From Callorhinchus milii (lineage: Eukaryota), in the NCBI RefSeq assembly GCF_018977255.1, contig NW_024704742.1, forward strand, positions 102,860,001 to 102,924,000: a DNA stretch of 64,000 nucleotides. Direction: 5' to 3'. The position numbers and the translations under genes are program-made. Below are positions 25,573 through 38,402 of the stretch, piece after piece. Positions within the stretch are counted from its first letter, which is position 1. Every line of letters starts with the position of its first letter. The notes below the pieces were generated by a model. It was not told the origin of the DNA and did not search any database. It saw nothing but the letters and a program-made list of their open reading frames with translations.

Positions 25573-28245
25573 ATAACAACAACAATTACATTTATATAGT
25601 GTCTTTCACATTTCAAGGTGCTAGACAGTCAGCGTTTGCACCCAAGCTGGGGGTTAGATTAGAGAGGAGTGGGGTCAAGGGGGAGTCGGGGTGAGAACAA
25701 TGACTGAAGGCACCGTTAAAGAAGAAGGTCTTGAGATAGTCCTTGAAGGAGACGAGGGAAGGAGCAACAACAACAGCAACAAAGTTACATTTGTAGAGCA
25801 CCTATCATGACGGGAGGACGTCCCAAAGTGCTGAATAATCAGGTGTCGGGGCCCGAGCATGGGGAGGGGTGGTGTAGGGGTGAGGCAAACCAGAGAGGGG
25901 GAGGGAAACCAAAGGCACGATCGAAGAGAAGGGTCTTGAGACCGGCCTTGAAAGAGGCAAGGGAGGAAGCGAGGCGAAGGGACCGTGGGATGGAGTACCA
26001 GAGTGTGGGGGCAGAGAGGCTGAAAGCCCGGCCACTGATGGTAGGGTGAGTTGGCAGGGAGACATGGAGCAGACCAGAGCCTGATGAACGAAGGGAGTGG
26101 GCAGGTTGGTAGGGAGTCAGCAGGTCAGAGAGATAGGAGGAGGCAAGGTCATGGATGGCCTTAAAGGTGAGGACGAGGATCTTGAACTTGATCCTCTGGG
26201 GGATGGGGAGCCAGTGGAGTCGGGCGAGGGTGGGAGTGATTGGGTCGTGGAGCCTGGTGCGTGAGAGTACACGAACTGCAGAGTTTTGCATGATCTGCAG
26301 CTTGTGAAGGGAAGAGTTGGGAAGGCGGATGAGGAGGGAGTTCCTGTAATTGAGCCTTGATGTGACAAATGCGTGGGTGAGGGTTTCGGCAGCCTGAGGG
26401 GTGAGGCAGTGGCGGAGTCTGGCAATGCCGCGGAGGTGGTTGTAGGCAATGACGGTCATGGCGCGGATGTGGGGGAGAAAGGACAGTTCCAGGCCAAACA
26501 AGACACCCAGGTTCCTGACTGAAGGCACCGTCAAAGAGGAAGGTCTTGAGAAGGTCCTTGAAGGAGGCAAGGGAAGGAGCAACAATAACAACAAAATTAT
26601 ATTTGTATAGCGCCTTTCACATTAACAACAACAACAAATTACATTTATAGAGTGCCTTTCATGTCTGGACAGTCAGAGTTTCGGACCTGAACTGGAGGTC
26701 AGGATCGGGGAGGGTGAAAGGCAGGGGGGGGAAGCAGGGTGATTGAATGCACAGTCGAAGAGGAGGGTCTTGAGATGTGCTTTGAAGGAGGCAAGGAAGG
26801 CGGCAAGCCAGAGGGACTCCAGAATGGAGTTCCAGAGGGTGGGGGCAGAATGGCAGAAGGCCCGCCCGTCAACAGTGGGGCGAACGAGGTGGAGAACATG
26901 AAGCAGGCTGGAGCCCGCTGAGCGGAGAAAGCAAGCAGGATTGTAGGGAGTTAGGAGGTTGCAGAGGTAGGGAGGAACAAGACCATGGAGGGCTTTGAAG
27001 GTGAGGAACAGAATCTTGAACTTTTTCTTCTGTGTGATGGGAAGCCAGTGGAGTTGGGCGAGGATGGGGGTCATAGGGTCATGGAGCCTGGTGCGGGAGA
27101 GTAAACGAGCTGCAGATGATCTGCAGCCTATGGAAGGAGGAATTGGGGAGACCAACAAGCAGGGAGTTTGCATAGTCAAGCCTGGATGTAACGAAAACAT
27201 GTATGAGATTCTTGAACTGGAGAGCTAGTGGAGCTGGGGTGATAGGCTCTCCGGGCCTGCTGTGGTAGCGGGTACAAGCTTCAGATTTCTGAATAGTTTG
27301 CAGCTTGTGGAAGAATTGGAAAGTCCAGTAAGCAGAGAGGCAGTATAGTCAAGCCTGGACATGACAAGGATCTTGGCGACCCGAGGAGAAAGGTAGAGGA
27401 AGTGACGGGCAATATTGCAGAGGTCGGGAAAAACTGAACAGGTTTAGGCAGGGGTTTAGAGGACAGTTGAGAGTCGAACAAGACACCAATGTTCTGTACT
27501 GGCTTGGTGAAGTGGAGTGTGCATCCATGGTAGAGTGATGCTGTCAGCATCTGAGGTGAACCAAGCAGGAAAGCCTCTGTCTTGTCAACCTTCAGCTCTA
27601 GAAAGTTTGCTCTCATTCAGGATTTGATATCTGACATGCAATTGGTCAGGACGGTAGTGGGCCTGAAATTGAGGGTGGAGGAAGAGAAATAGAGTTGGGT
27701 GTCATCTGCATACATGTGGAAGTTAACCCTATGCCTGCAGATGACATCACTGAATTGAAGAATGTAAATATTAAAGAGGGGAGTCTGAGGATAAAGCCCT
27801 GAGGAATGTCGCATGTGGGGGGTGGGGGGGTACGAGAGTGGAAGCTGATGACAGATACAAAATGGGGACATTGGGAAAGGTAAGAATGAAACCAGGCAAA
27901 GGCAGGACTCTGAGGCTGAGAGGAGAGGCATTGGAGAAGAATGGATTGGTCAACAGTATTGAAGGCGGCAGGGAGATGAAGAAGGATGAAGAGGAAGAGA
28001 GTCCTTATCACAGATGGAGAGAATGTCATTTGTGACTTTGACCAGGACAGTCTCTGTACTGGGGAACACAGGAGAGGAAAGAGCAAATCAGAGAAGAAAG
28101 GACTTGTTCCAATACTTAGGAGAAGAAAGGGAGTTTGGAGATGGGATGGTAGTTGGAGAAAAGGAATGGGTTAAGGGAAAGTTTTTTGAGTATGGGGGTG
28201 ATGACAGCTGTTTTAAATGGGATGGGAGCTGTACCGGTGGACAAA
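25573..28245 (-). mobile_element. Cluster of stacked L2 fragments and tails
   Basis: At least four (AAC)n tails (about 25573, 25765, 26580, 26624); ORFs 25839-26594, 26673-27200 and 27617-27931 ([10 protein letters not shown]). Confidence 0.88.
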
Positions 28246-28436
28246 GATTGGAGCTTATTTGCATCTCACAGAAATTAAAGGTGGGAGTTTCCTTGCTGCC
28301 CATCTATATGAATCACCGGAATGAGCAGAATACAACCAAGAATCTGGAAAACTTAAGCATAGTGATCCATGCACCCCACAAATATCTTTTTTGAGTTGGC
28401 CAAAGATACCCTCAATTTACACTCAGATACAGACAT

Positions 28437-28816
28437 GTGGAGTCCTGTAGCTCAGTTAGAGCACTCCCTCACAAGGGAAAAGATCTGGGTTCGATTCCCG
28501 ATCAGGGCGGAATGGAACCGTAGGCAAGTTTCCTTACTCCACATGCCTCAGTTTACCTAACAGTAAGTAGGTTGTTAGTCAATCAGCGTATTGCTTTTCA
28601 GGAGTAATAATCCCTTCAAAAATAATTTTTAAAAAATAATAATTTGGTCACTCAATCTACGAATGTTTGTGGAACACTGCTGTGCACAATTGGCTCTGCG
28701 TTTTGCCCAAAATATGGTCATTTCACTTTACAGTATATTCTGTGAAGCACTTTGAAACGTCTCAAAGACGTGTTAAGGGGCTATATCAAATGCAAGGATT
28801 ATTATTATGATTATTA
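28437..28816 (+). mobile_element. Full-length tRNA-derived SINE, same family
   Basis: A box TAGCTCAGTT, B box GGTTCGATTCC, core and (ATT)n tail. Confidence 0.88.
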
Positions 28817-29916
28817 GGTACACTATATCAATCTTAGTGTTGCCTCTAAAGAATTGATTTGAGGGTAATAGCGTTTAGAAAATAATCATCAACAAGGGTT
28901 GTGACATAGCCCAAGTTCCCCTGAATTTGATATTGCATCCTACCGGGTCTGGAATAAATCGGTAACTGATGATGGTCATAAAAAGAAAGCATCATTAGTT
29001 GCTCCAGGACAGTAGCAATTGACATGCTGAATTTTAACATGAGTATCGAAAGTGACCTGCACATTCATCAAAGAAATAATCATTTGTTATATTGATCATG
29101 GAATCATTTATAAGCTGACCCCTCCAGTGTCCCTCATGGAACTTTCAAATGAACAAGAAACTTTTGTTTTTTTTATAAAATCTGATTGTCTCTGTATAAA
29201 GGCTGATTTTTGGAATATATTGGATTTAAATTGGAACTTTAATCTTGCACCTTCGTTTCATTTCATTTCATTTTTTATGTATTGAATTATATACTGTGTT
29301 TGGCTCAATTGACAGTAAGTGCAGTACCTCTATGTCAGAAGAGTTCCACACCAAAACCTGAGCTAATAATTTTAGGTGGACATTAAATATCATAGGGCAT
29401 TACTTTGAAGATAAGCAGGCAGTTTTACATCTGGGCTCAAATTTTACCTTCGGCAAAGCACAATTGTATTCGGAGAAATTCTATTACAGCTGTAACCAGT
29501 ATCACCAAAGGCAGTAAGTATAATGCCAACCAGAATTTCAAACTGTTTTCCTGACCAACATACTTCCCTTGATAAATTCACAAAAAAAGTAAACTGAATT
29601 TGTTTCTGAGCTGTGTTCAGAAACAAATTCAACAAACAGTGCTGGAGCATAATGCCAAGCCAGGGGGAGGGGGCAGGTGTCTGTAAGCATGGTCCAAGAG
29701 GAAGGTCTTCAGGCATGATCTGAAAACAGGGAGGTGGAGGCAAGGCGGATGGATTGAAAGAGAGTTCCAAGGTTTCGGGGCATACCGGCTGAAAGCATGG
29801 CCACTAATGGTGGAGTGGAGGAGATGAGGGACAAGCAGGAGACCAGAGCCAGTATATCCGGTGAAGCGCTTTGAGACATCACAACAACGTGATAAGGAGC
29901 TATGCCAAATGCATTG

Positions 29917-32032
29917 ATTATTATTATTATAATTTTACAGTAAACTCTGCAAAGCACTTTAATAATAATAATTATAATATCATAATAATATTATCACTTT
30001 GAGATATGTTGCTTTTGATAAATCTCTATATCAAATGCAAGGATTATTTATTAGGCTGATGTTTTTCATCAAGATGCAACTGTGAATTACTGTCATGTCC
30101 TCTTAACAGAAGCTCAATCTTGTCACAATCTTTAGAGCAGAATTATTAGTAATATGATATACAAAATGCCTAAAGTCTATTTGTATTTTACCCACAAAAT
30201 ATACAGTCAATTCACTTTACAGTATATTCTGTGAAGCGCTTTGAGGCATCTTGAAGACGTGATAAGGCTATATCAAATGCAAGGATTATTTTTATTTTTT
30301 AATAGTACAGCTATGTGTATATGATATATGATGCAGATTGAAATAAATAAATTATTATTATAAATCGTCCAAAATCTAAGTACCAAGTTGTTAAGGATTG
30401 CTGCTTCAAAATAATACTACATGCACTTTATTATCCTTGCTTGAATGTTCCAAGAAGCTGTGCAAAGAGGAAGAGTGCAAAGAATGTATGAAATCAATTT
30501 TGGTTCCATGTTTCTATTTTCCTTTGGATTAACCAACAATCTGTAACTATAACATTATTGTGATGCACTGTGTTAAAAAAAGGTGCAAGGAAGAAAGATA
30601 CATCAAGGATTAGTGGCTATCCAAAACCAAACTTTGGTTTTAAAGGCAGTTTATTGTATGAGAAGAGAAAATGTAGAGAAATAAAGTGTTCAATGGTCTT
30701 GAAGACCTGGAATAGATTGAGTTTGGGTTACCATTTTTCTTTTTAACTAGTTTTTTTTCAGTCGGTTGCTGATCCTCGGCTGTACACTAGAGGATGCCAG
30801 ACTCTTCCAATTCAATGATGTGGCTATGATGAAACCTGAACTGGGATCATTCAGTTGGTGTGAAGGAGGCCAGAGATAACAAGCCATTTAGTTTATTCTC
30901 TGAAAGGAATGCAGGTGGGGTTTTACAAGAACCTTCCCAGATATGGTTAATCTATACTATGGATTAAGAGATTGCACTGAAATAAGAGTTATTGGGGTGA
31001 AAATCCAGTATGTTTGGTGATATACCACTAGTAATGATTAGCTCAGTAATAATCATCAGTTACTGGAAAGTGCAATCCAAACCTGTCTTTAATGATCAAT
31101 AAATTTGGTAGTGAACAATCTCCCCTTCACTTTGGCACAATGATTGACTCAAAACCAGTCAACTTCTCTGTGGACGTCTTTATTTACAACTACTGCAAAA
31201 ATAAACTCAGAACAGTAATTTTGGATGCCCCAACATAGCAGAACAAGAGGACCCAGGTTTAGATTTGTACAGCACAATTTCAAGTAGCCCCCAAGAATAT
31301 TCTTTACTCAGAGGTCAATTAATGATTGGATCTGGTTACAAGCTTTTGGGATTGTCTACAAGATGCTGGACTCATTTTTTAAAAAAAATAATGCTGCGAT
31401 AAGAAGATGGTAGAGTGAGTATTTTGGACAGATGAGTTAAATGGAACATTGGCATAAATGGCATAAATGTATTAGTGATGTTTTCCATTCTAATCCTGCT
31501 GCATCTCTCTTCATCAGAGCTTTCTAACGAGAACACCCTCTTTCACAGTCTCTGATTCACTAACTGATTTGCCCACTAGAGGATGTCATTCTCTTCCAAT
31601 TCAGTTATGTGCTTATGCTGAAATCTGAACTGGGATAGTCCATGCCAGTCTCTAAAATTGCAGTCAGATTTCCTAGCATATCTAAAAATAGGAGGCACTT
31701 GCCCTCCATGGAAGGGATAGAAGTTCCTACGATGGACATTGTAAGAGAACAGGAGTATTAATTGGCTTGTTGCTCATGATTAAAAAAACATGTGAGACAG
31801 CATTAAACAAGACGAACATGGCTATACTGCCAGATCCTTTCTCAGATCTCCATAAATTGTGCTCATGCTGTACAATACTCTGGGTCAGAGTGAACCTGGA
31901 GTGCAGATCCAGCTATGACTATTGCAACATAAGTTTTTTTTCGTCAGTCGGGTGTCTGACACTTGCAGAAACCCTCACCATGCTTAAGAGTATACAAACC
32001 AAGCTGAGATAATAAAAATAAATAATCCTTGC
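29917..32032 (+). repeat. Copy A of an inverted segmental duplication (copy B at 51534-52180 plus 55014-55500)
   Basis: 29917-30410 matches the reverse complement of 55014-55500; 30411-30470 and 31431-32032 match the reverse complement of 51534-52180. Confidence 0.93.
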
Positions 32033-33514
32033 ATTTGATATAGCGCTTTCATGACTTCTAGACGTCTCAAAGCACTTCATAGAATATACTGTAAAGTGAA
32101 TTGACTGTATATTTGTCAGCGAAAGGGGATTTCCATGCATCCCATCTACACATGGAAATCCCAGAGATAGATTGTTGGAATGGAATGCACACTTTCTCTC
32201 TGGAGGGATGGATCCTGCTACTAATTCCAGGAAGAATGTCCTAACTCCAGGTCAAGAGGGCATAGTTTCTGGGTTGTGAAGGGCAATTTCAGGATAGACT
32301 TTAGGAAGTATTTATTTGCACAATTATTGTGGGTAATTAATGGCTGCAAATAAGATATTGGGCACAATTAAAAAACAGCTAGGTGCAGTAATAGAAAGAC
32401 AGTGGGGTGAGTATTCTGGAAGGATGAGATTAAATGATTTGAAGGGCCTCATTCATGCTTTACCTGACTTGTGACTGCACTCAATTTCTGAATTTTTCTT
32501 TTTCACTGGTTCCTTGGACTCCACACATAGATGACAGGAATCTGTTTTCTATCCGCCATCTGTCTCCAGCATATATAGCACCATATCTGCCTAGGTAAAG
32601 CAGATTAGGCATAAATCATGCATTATTTTCTTCTCTTAACATCTGTGAATGTCCTTGCAAATGTTGGACAATTCTCAAGTTCATTGTCATTTTGAAGCTG
32701 TTTTTTTGTAATTCTCAAAGGAATCTACAATTAATTAAAGACTGAATTTAAGAAATGTCCAAAGTTTGCACATTTTGAAATACTAAGAATAAACTCTAAG
32801 TATAAATCTAAAAGCATTTCTTCCCCATGATCTCTATATCTCTATCAGCATTTGCTGATATCTGTCCATGTACTACTGACAAAAGGCAACTTTTGCAGTA
32901 ATAATAATAATGTACATCAGGAGAACATCTCAAAGTACTTTTAAGGATATGCTGTAAAATGTAGTGACTATTTATTGGCTAGGCGAATGTGGCAGCCAAT
33001 TTGTACACCACAAAGACCCATAAACAGCCTTGAAGTGAATAACCCATTTTATTTGCGGATTGCTCTCTTTTCGAAAGATGCAATTGGAGTTTTAACATCC
33101 ACCCAAATAGGCAAACAGAAATAGAATAAACTCTACCAGCAGTCAGATTGAATTGACTGAAAAAATGACTACTGAAAAGAATCAATATTACAGACTGGAA
33201 AGTGTTAAACACTATTTCAAAATAGGATTGTTATAGTTCATTCATAGCATCTATACAAATGCAAAATAAATATGAAATATCCCATAATTACAATCTTAAT
33301 TGGTATTTTGGTGATGAATTATATCAATTCCAGATGATTTAATAAAACTAGGAAAATATATTGTTGAATTACCTGCCCTTCAATGTTTCGTTGTGACCCA
33401 CAACAAACATACTAAAGCCTGCTGTAAATACTTTGAAGAAATGTTTTGTTGCATAGAGGTGGAATATGGAAATCAGTACCAAAAATGACTACTAAAATTG
33501 AGGCAGTATAAACA

Positions 33515-33868
33515 TGGTGTCCTGTAGCTCAGTGGTTAGAGCACTCACCTCGCAAGCGAGGGACCTGGGTTTGATTCCTGCCATGGTGAAACGTTGAGCA
33601 AGTTTCCTTACTCCTCTGTACATAGCAATGAGTAGGAACCCAGTTATTAGTCGAATGGTGGATCACTTTTCTGGGGTTAATACTTCCTTCAAAAAAAGAA
33701 CAAATTGGTCATTCAATGCACGACTGTTTGTGGGACATGCTGTACCCAATTAGCTGCGTTTCACCCACAAAATATACAGTCAATTCCATTTACAGTCTAT
33801 TCTGTGAAGCCCTTTGAGACATCTTGAAGATGGGATAAGGCACTATATCAAATGCAAGGATTATTATA
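33515..33868 (+). mobile_element. Full-length tRNA-derived SINE, same family
   Basis: TAGCTCAGTGG ... GGTTTGATTCC head, core and tail. Confidence 0.87.
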
Positions 33869-35660
33869 ACATATAAAGGGAACTGAATTTCTCACTCCAG
33901 CCCATTGAGCCAGTAACAACTTTTGTGGGGGTTTTCTACCCTCAGCTCTCCTTTAAGGCTTTCATCACTTTGGGACGGCCTCCCAACTTGAAAGGCGCTA
34001 TACAAATGTCATTTTGTTGTTGTTTAGTGCAGTCTTTGCCGTCCAGCTTCTTCCAACTCAGCAACACTGGCTGTCTCCACCCCCTACCTTGCCCCAATGC
34101 AGTTAAACGCATTCATCTGAACCTTTATTTGATGAGAGTGGACTAGACTTTTCCAATAACTTCCTCACAGGCCTTTCCAGCTCAATCGCCCACAAACTGC
34201 ACACCATCCAAAACTCTGCAAGCCCATCACTCCACCCTCGTCAAATTCCACTGCCCCACCGATACCCCAGCAGATTGACTTGTTCCAATTTTCAAATGCC
34301 TCCATTCCCTTGCTCACTCTGCCTCTCTTATCTCCTGCAGTCCTTATCTTCTACCCACTCTCTAAGATCCGCTAATTTTGGCCTGTCTGCTCCATGTCCT
34401 GCCACTTCTATCCCATCATCAGTGGGAGACTCTTTGCCCTTTTTGTCCCTGTTGTCTGGCACTCTCTCTCCAAAAGTCTCTGCTTTACACTGTCCTTTCC
34501 TTTCAAAATCTTCTGAAAACAAACCTCGCTGACATCTTTTGTTGTCTCCCTCCTAGTTTCTCTCCACCCTTTCCAGGCTCCCATTCCACCTCTGTAAATC
34601 AGTTTTAGAAGTTTAACTATGTGAAAGGCAATAAATAAGTCCAAGATTTTGTTGTAGTTGTTGGATAAATCCTTCAGAAGAATATTTTTAAGCATATCGG
34701 GACAAATTTACAATCATTGCACTTTATATTAAATCTCGTGAAGCACTTTGAGACATTTTGTTGATGTGATAAAGCACCATATCAAAATGTGAAGATTATC
34801 ATTGTTATTATTAATAATTATGTCAATCCTGAAATTATTAATAAATAAGAACAAGGGAATGGGATTGGAGCGGACAATTCTGATGGGTTGCTAGCCCACC
34901 ACAGACAAGATGGGCTTCTTTTGTTCTACAATAATTTCTTTGACTCAATGATGCAAGTCCTTTATTTGCAAACAATTCAGAACCATTATATTATGATTAT
35001 TTTACAACACAGTGCTGTTCCTGTCTGGCCCAATGTTGTGGAAAACATAGATTATGCAGATCACTGATAAAAGCTGCTTACTGCTTCCACTGCCAATATT
35101 TACTTAAACTTATCTCCCGAAGTGTAAGAGAAAAAGTGGCAGACATCAACATCATGCTGCGTAGTTTACACTGTCTGCTGGTTCAGAAGTAGGGAAGCAA
35201 ACATGTGATATCAATTGATTTTATAGGAATAGTCAAAGCTAATTCTGCATTTACTTTCAACGCTGACTGCCGGAATAAAAACATTCTATCATAAGCTTTT
35301 TGGAAAAAAATTTCCTCCCTCTCCCTCTCCACTGCCCTGGAGTCATCTGAACTCCAACAGCTTTGGCCCTCCCTGAACAATCTCCTCTCCTCACTCTCTT
35401 TTCTCCACAACTCCCTCTCCTCCATTCTGGATTCCCTTGCCTCCTCTCACCTCCAAAACTGCCTCATACTCCAGTATATCCTCCTGGTATACCAGCCATC
35501 TCAGATGTCAACAACCTCTCCCTGTCCACCGGTTCAGTTCCCACCCCCCTAAAAACAGCCGTCATCAGCCCCATCCTAAAAAAACCTTCCCTGGATCCAT
35601 CCCTCCTCTCTGGCTACCGCCCCAAGGTCCTGGAATCAGTCGTCACGTCCCAGCTCCGCT

Positions 35661-35684
35661 CCTTTCTTTCTTTCTTTCTTTCCT

Positions 35685-35716
<32 letters not shown>
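35661..35716. repeat. (TTTC)n microsatellite inside an L2; second block at about 37127-37148
   Basis: Seen directly. Confidence 0.9.
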
Positions 35717-35717
<1 letters not shown>

Positions 35718-37128
35718 AGTCAGGTTTCCGTGCTGCCCATAGCACAGAAACTGCCCTGGTCAAGGTCACCAATGATATCCTGACCATCTGTGACCAGGGC
35801 TCCCTCTGCCTCCTCGTCCTCCTCGACCTATCGGCAGCATTCGATACGGTCGACCACACTATCTTCCTCCACCGCTTGTCCTCCCACCTCAACCTTCAAG
35901 GCACTGTCCTTGAGTGGTTTAGGTCGTACCTTTCTCACCGTCTTCACTTTGTCTCGACGAATGGCTTCTCCTCCACCCCCCGTACTGTCTCATGTGGTGT
36001 CCCTCAGGGCTCTGTCCTCGGTCCCCTCCTCTTCACCCTCTATATGCTCCCCCTTGGTGACATCATCCGCAGACATGGGTTAACTTCCACATGTATGCGG
36101 ATGACACCCAACTCTACCTTTCCTCCTCTACTCTCAACTCCACGACCACCGATGTCCTGACAGCTGCCTGTCCGACATCGAGTCCTGGACGAGAGACAAC
36201 TTTCTTCAGCTCAACGTGCGAAAAACCGAGGCCCTCCTGATTGGCTCACGTCAGCGCCTCCGCACCTCAGGCGCTGACACCATCAGCATCCAAGGCTGCA
36301 CTCTCCACCTCTCAAAGCCAGTCAGGAACCTCGGCGTTTTGTTCGACCCTGAGCTGTCCTTTCTCCCTCACATCCGCACCACAACTGGCACCGCCTTCCA
36401 TCACCTCCGGAACATCGCCAGACTACGGCACTACCTCACCCCTCACGCTGCTGAAACCCTGGTCCACGCCTTTGTCACCTCAAGGCTGGACTATGGGAAC
36501 TCTCTCCTCGCCGGCCTTCCCGGCACCTCCCTCCACAAGCTGCAGGTCATTCAGAACTCTGCAGCTCGTGTACTGTCCCGCACCAGGCTTCGCGACCACA
36601 TCACTCCCACCCTCGCTCGCCTCCACTGGCTCCCCATCCCCCAGAGGATTGATTTCAAGATCCTCATCCTCACCTACAAGGCCATTCACGGCCTTGCTCC
36701 CTCCTACCTCTCCAACCTACTATCCCCCTACCTACCTGCCCGTACCCTCCGTTCCTCCGGCTCCGGTCTGCTCCACGTCCCCCGCCCCAATTGCCCTACC
36801 ATCGGTGGTCGGGCCTTCAGCCTCTCAGCCCCCAGGCTCTGGAACTCTATCCCCCAGTGCCTTCGCCGCTTCCTCCCTCTCCTCCTTCAAGGCCGGTCTC
36901 AAAACCTTTCTCTTTGACCGAGCCTTCAGCTCCCCTCTCGACTCTCTTCCCCCTTCTCGCTCCCTCCCTCCCCTCACCCTGACCATTTCCCCCCTCCTCG
37001 CTCCCTCCCTTCCCTCCCCTCACCATTTCCCCCCTGCTCGGGTCATGACCCAACTGTGCAGCGCCTTGGGACGTCCTCCTGACGTGAAAGGCGCTTTATA
37101 AATGGAATCTTGTTGTTGTTGTTGTTGT
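35714..37128 (+). mobile_element. Best-preserved L2 copy (5'-truncated within the RT domain)
   Basis: [22 protein letters not shown]...[12 protein letters not shown]...[13 protein letters not shown]; few frameshifts; many CpGs retained; full stem-loop tail and (TTG)n. Confidence 0.93.
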
Positions 37129-38219
37129 TTCTTTCTTTCTTTCTTTCTCACCATTCCCTCTTTGAACCCTCCAATCCGTCTTCCGCGCTGCCCACAGCAC
37201 GGAAACGGCCCTGGTCAAAGTCACTAATGACATTCTGAACATCTGTGATCAGGGCTCCTTCTGCCTCCTTTTCCTCCTCGACCTCTCTGCCGCCTTCGAC
37301 ACTGTCGACCACTGCATTCTCATACACCGCCTCTCCTCTTTACTTTATCTTCGAGGTCCTGCCCTTGCCTGATTCGATTTCTATCTCTCTCACCGTCTCC
37401 ACTTTGTTGCCTCTAACGGTTTCTCCTCCAGTCTCCGCACTGTCACATCTGGCGTCCCCCAGGGCTCTGTCCTTGGCCCTCTCCTCTTTAATATCTATAT
37501 GCTCCCCCTTGGTAACATCATCCGCAGACATGGGGTCAACTTCCATATGTATTCGGATGAAACCCAACTCTATCTTTCTGCCTCCACCCTCAACTCCAGG
37601 ACCACTGCTGTCCTGTTGGACATCAAGTCCTGGATGAGGGCACATTTCCTACAGTTGAATGTGAACAAGACTGAGGCCCTCCTGATTGGCTTGTGCCAGC
37701 GTAACATCTTCATAACATCACCCGACTCCGCCACTACCTCACCCCTCAGGCTGACACTCTTGTTCATGCCTTCATCACCTCCAGGTTCGACTGTGCAAAC
37801 TCTCTGTTTGTTGGCCTTCCCAACTCCTCCCTCCACAGGCTGCAGGTAATCCAGAACTCTGCAGCCCATGTCCTCTCCCGCACCAAACTCCGTGACCCCA
37901 TCTCCCGATTCTCGCCCGACTCCATTGGCTCCCTATCCTTCAGAGGATGCAGTTCAAAATCCTGGTCCTCACCTACAAAGCTCTCAATGGTCTCACCCCA
38001 CCCTATCTCTGTGATCTCCTAACCCTCTACCAATCCGCCCACTCCCTTCATTCAGCCAGCTTTGGCCTGCTCCACGTCCCCCGCCCCACCATTGGCGGGA
38101 GAAACTTCAGCCACTCTGCCCTCAACCTCTGAAACTCCATCCCCCAATCACTCTGCCTCGCCCCCTCCTTCAAGTCCCGCCTCAAACAAGCATTTTTATA
38201 CAAAAGTTGCACTTTTCAC

Positions 38220-38402
38220 TTCTCTTTGACCGTGCCTTCAGCTCCCCTCTCGACTCTCTTCCCCCTCCTCGCTCCCTCCCTTCCCTCCCCTCACCCTGAC
38301 CAATTCCCCTCTGCTCGGGTCATGACCCAACTGTGCAGCGCCTTGGGACGTCCTCCTGACGTGAAACGCGCTTTATAAATGGAATCTTGTTGTTGTTGTT
38401 GT
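38220..38402 (+). mobile_element. L2 3' end, same subfamily as 36910-37128
   Basis: Near-identical 3'UTR and tail. Confidence 0.85.

Larger units (their letters stand above)
35310..38190 (+). mobile_element. Host L2 (about 35310-35670 plus 37140-38190) interrupted by the copy above
   Basis: [27 protein letters not shown]...QLRSFLS resumes after 37140 as [26 protein letters not shown]. Confidence 0.75.

Noticed and set aside
35363..36917. Active autonomous L2
   Set aside because: It is 5'-truncated, has no endonuclease domain or ORF1, and is frameshifted near the YADD motif.
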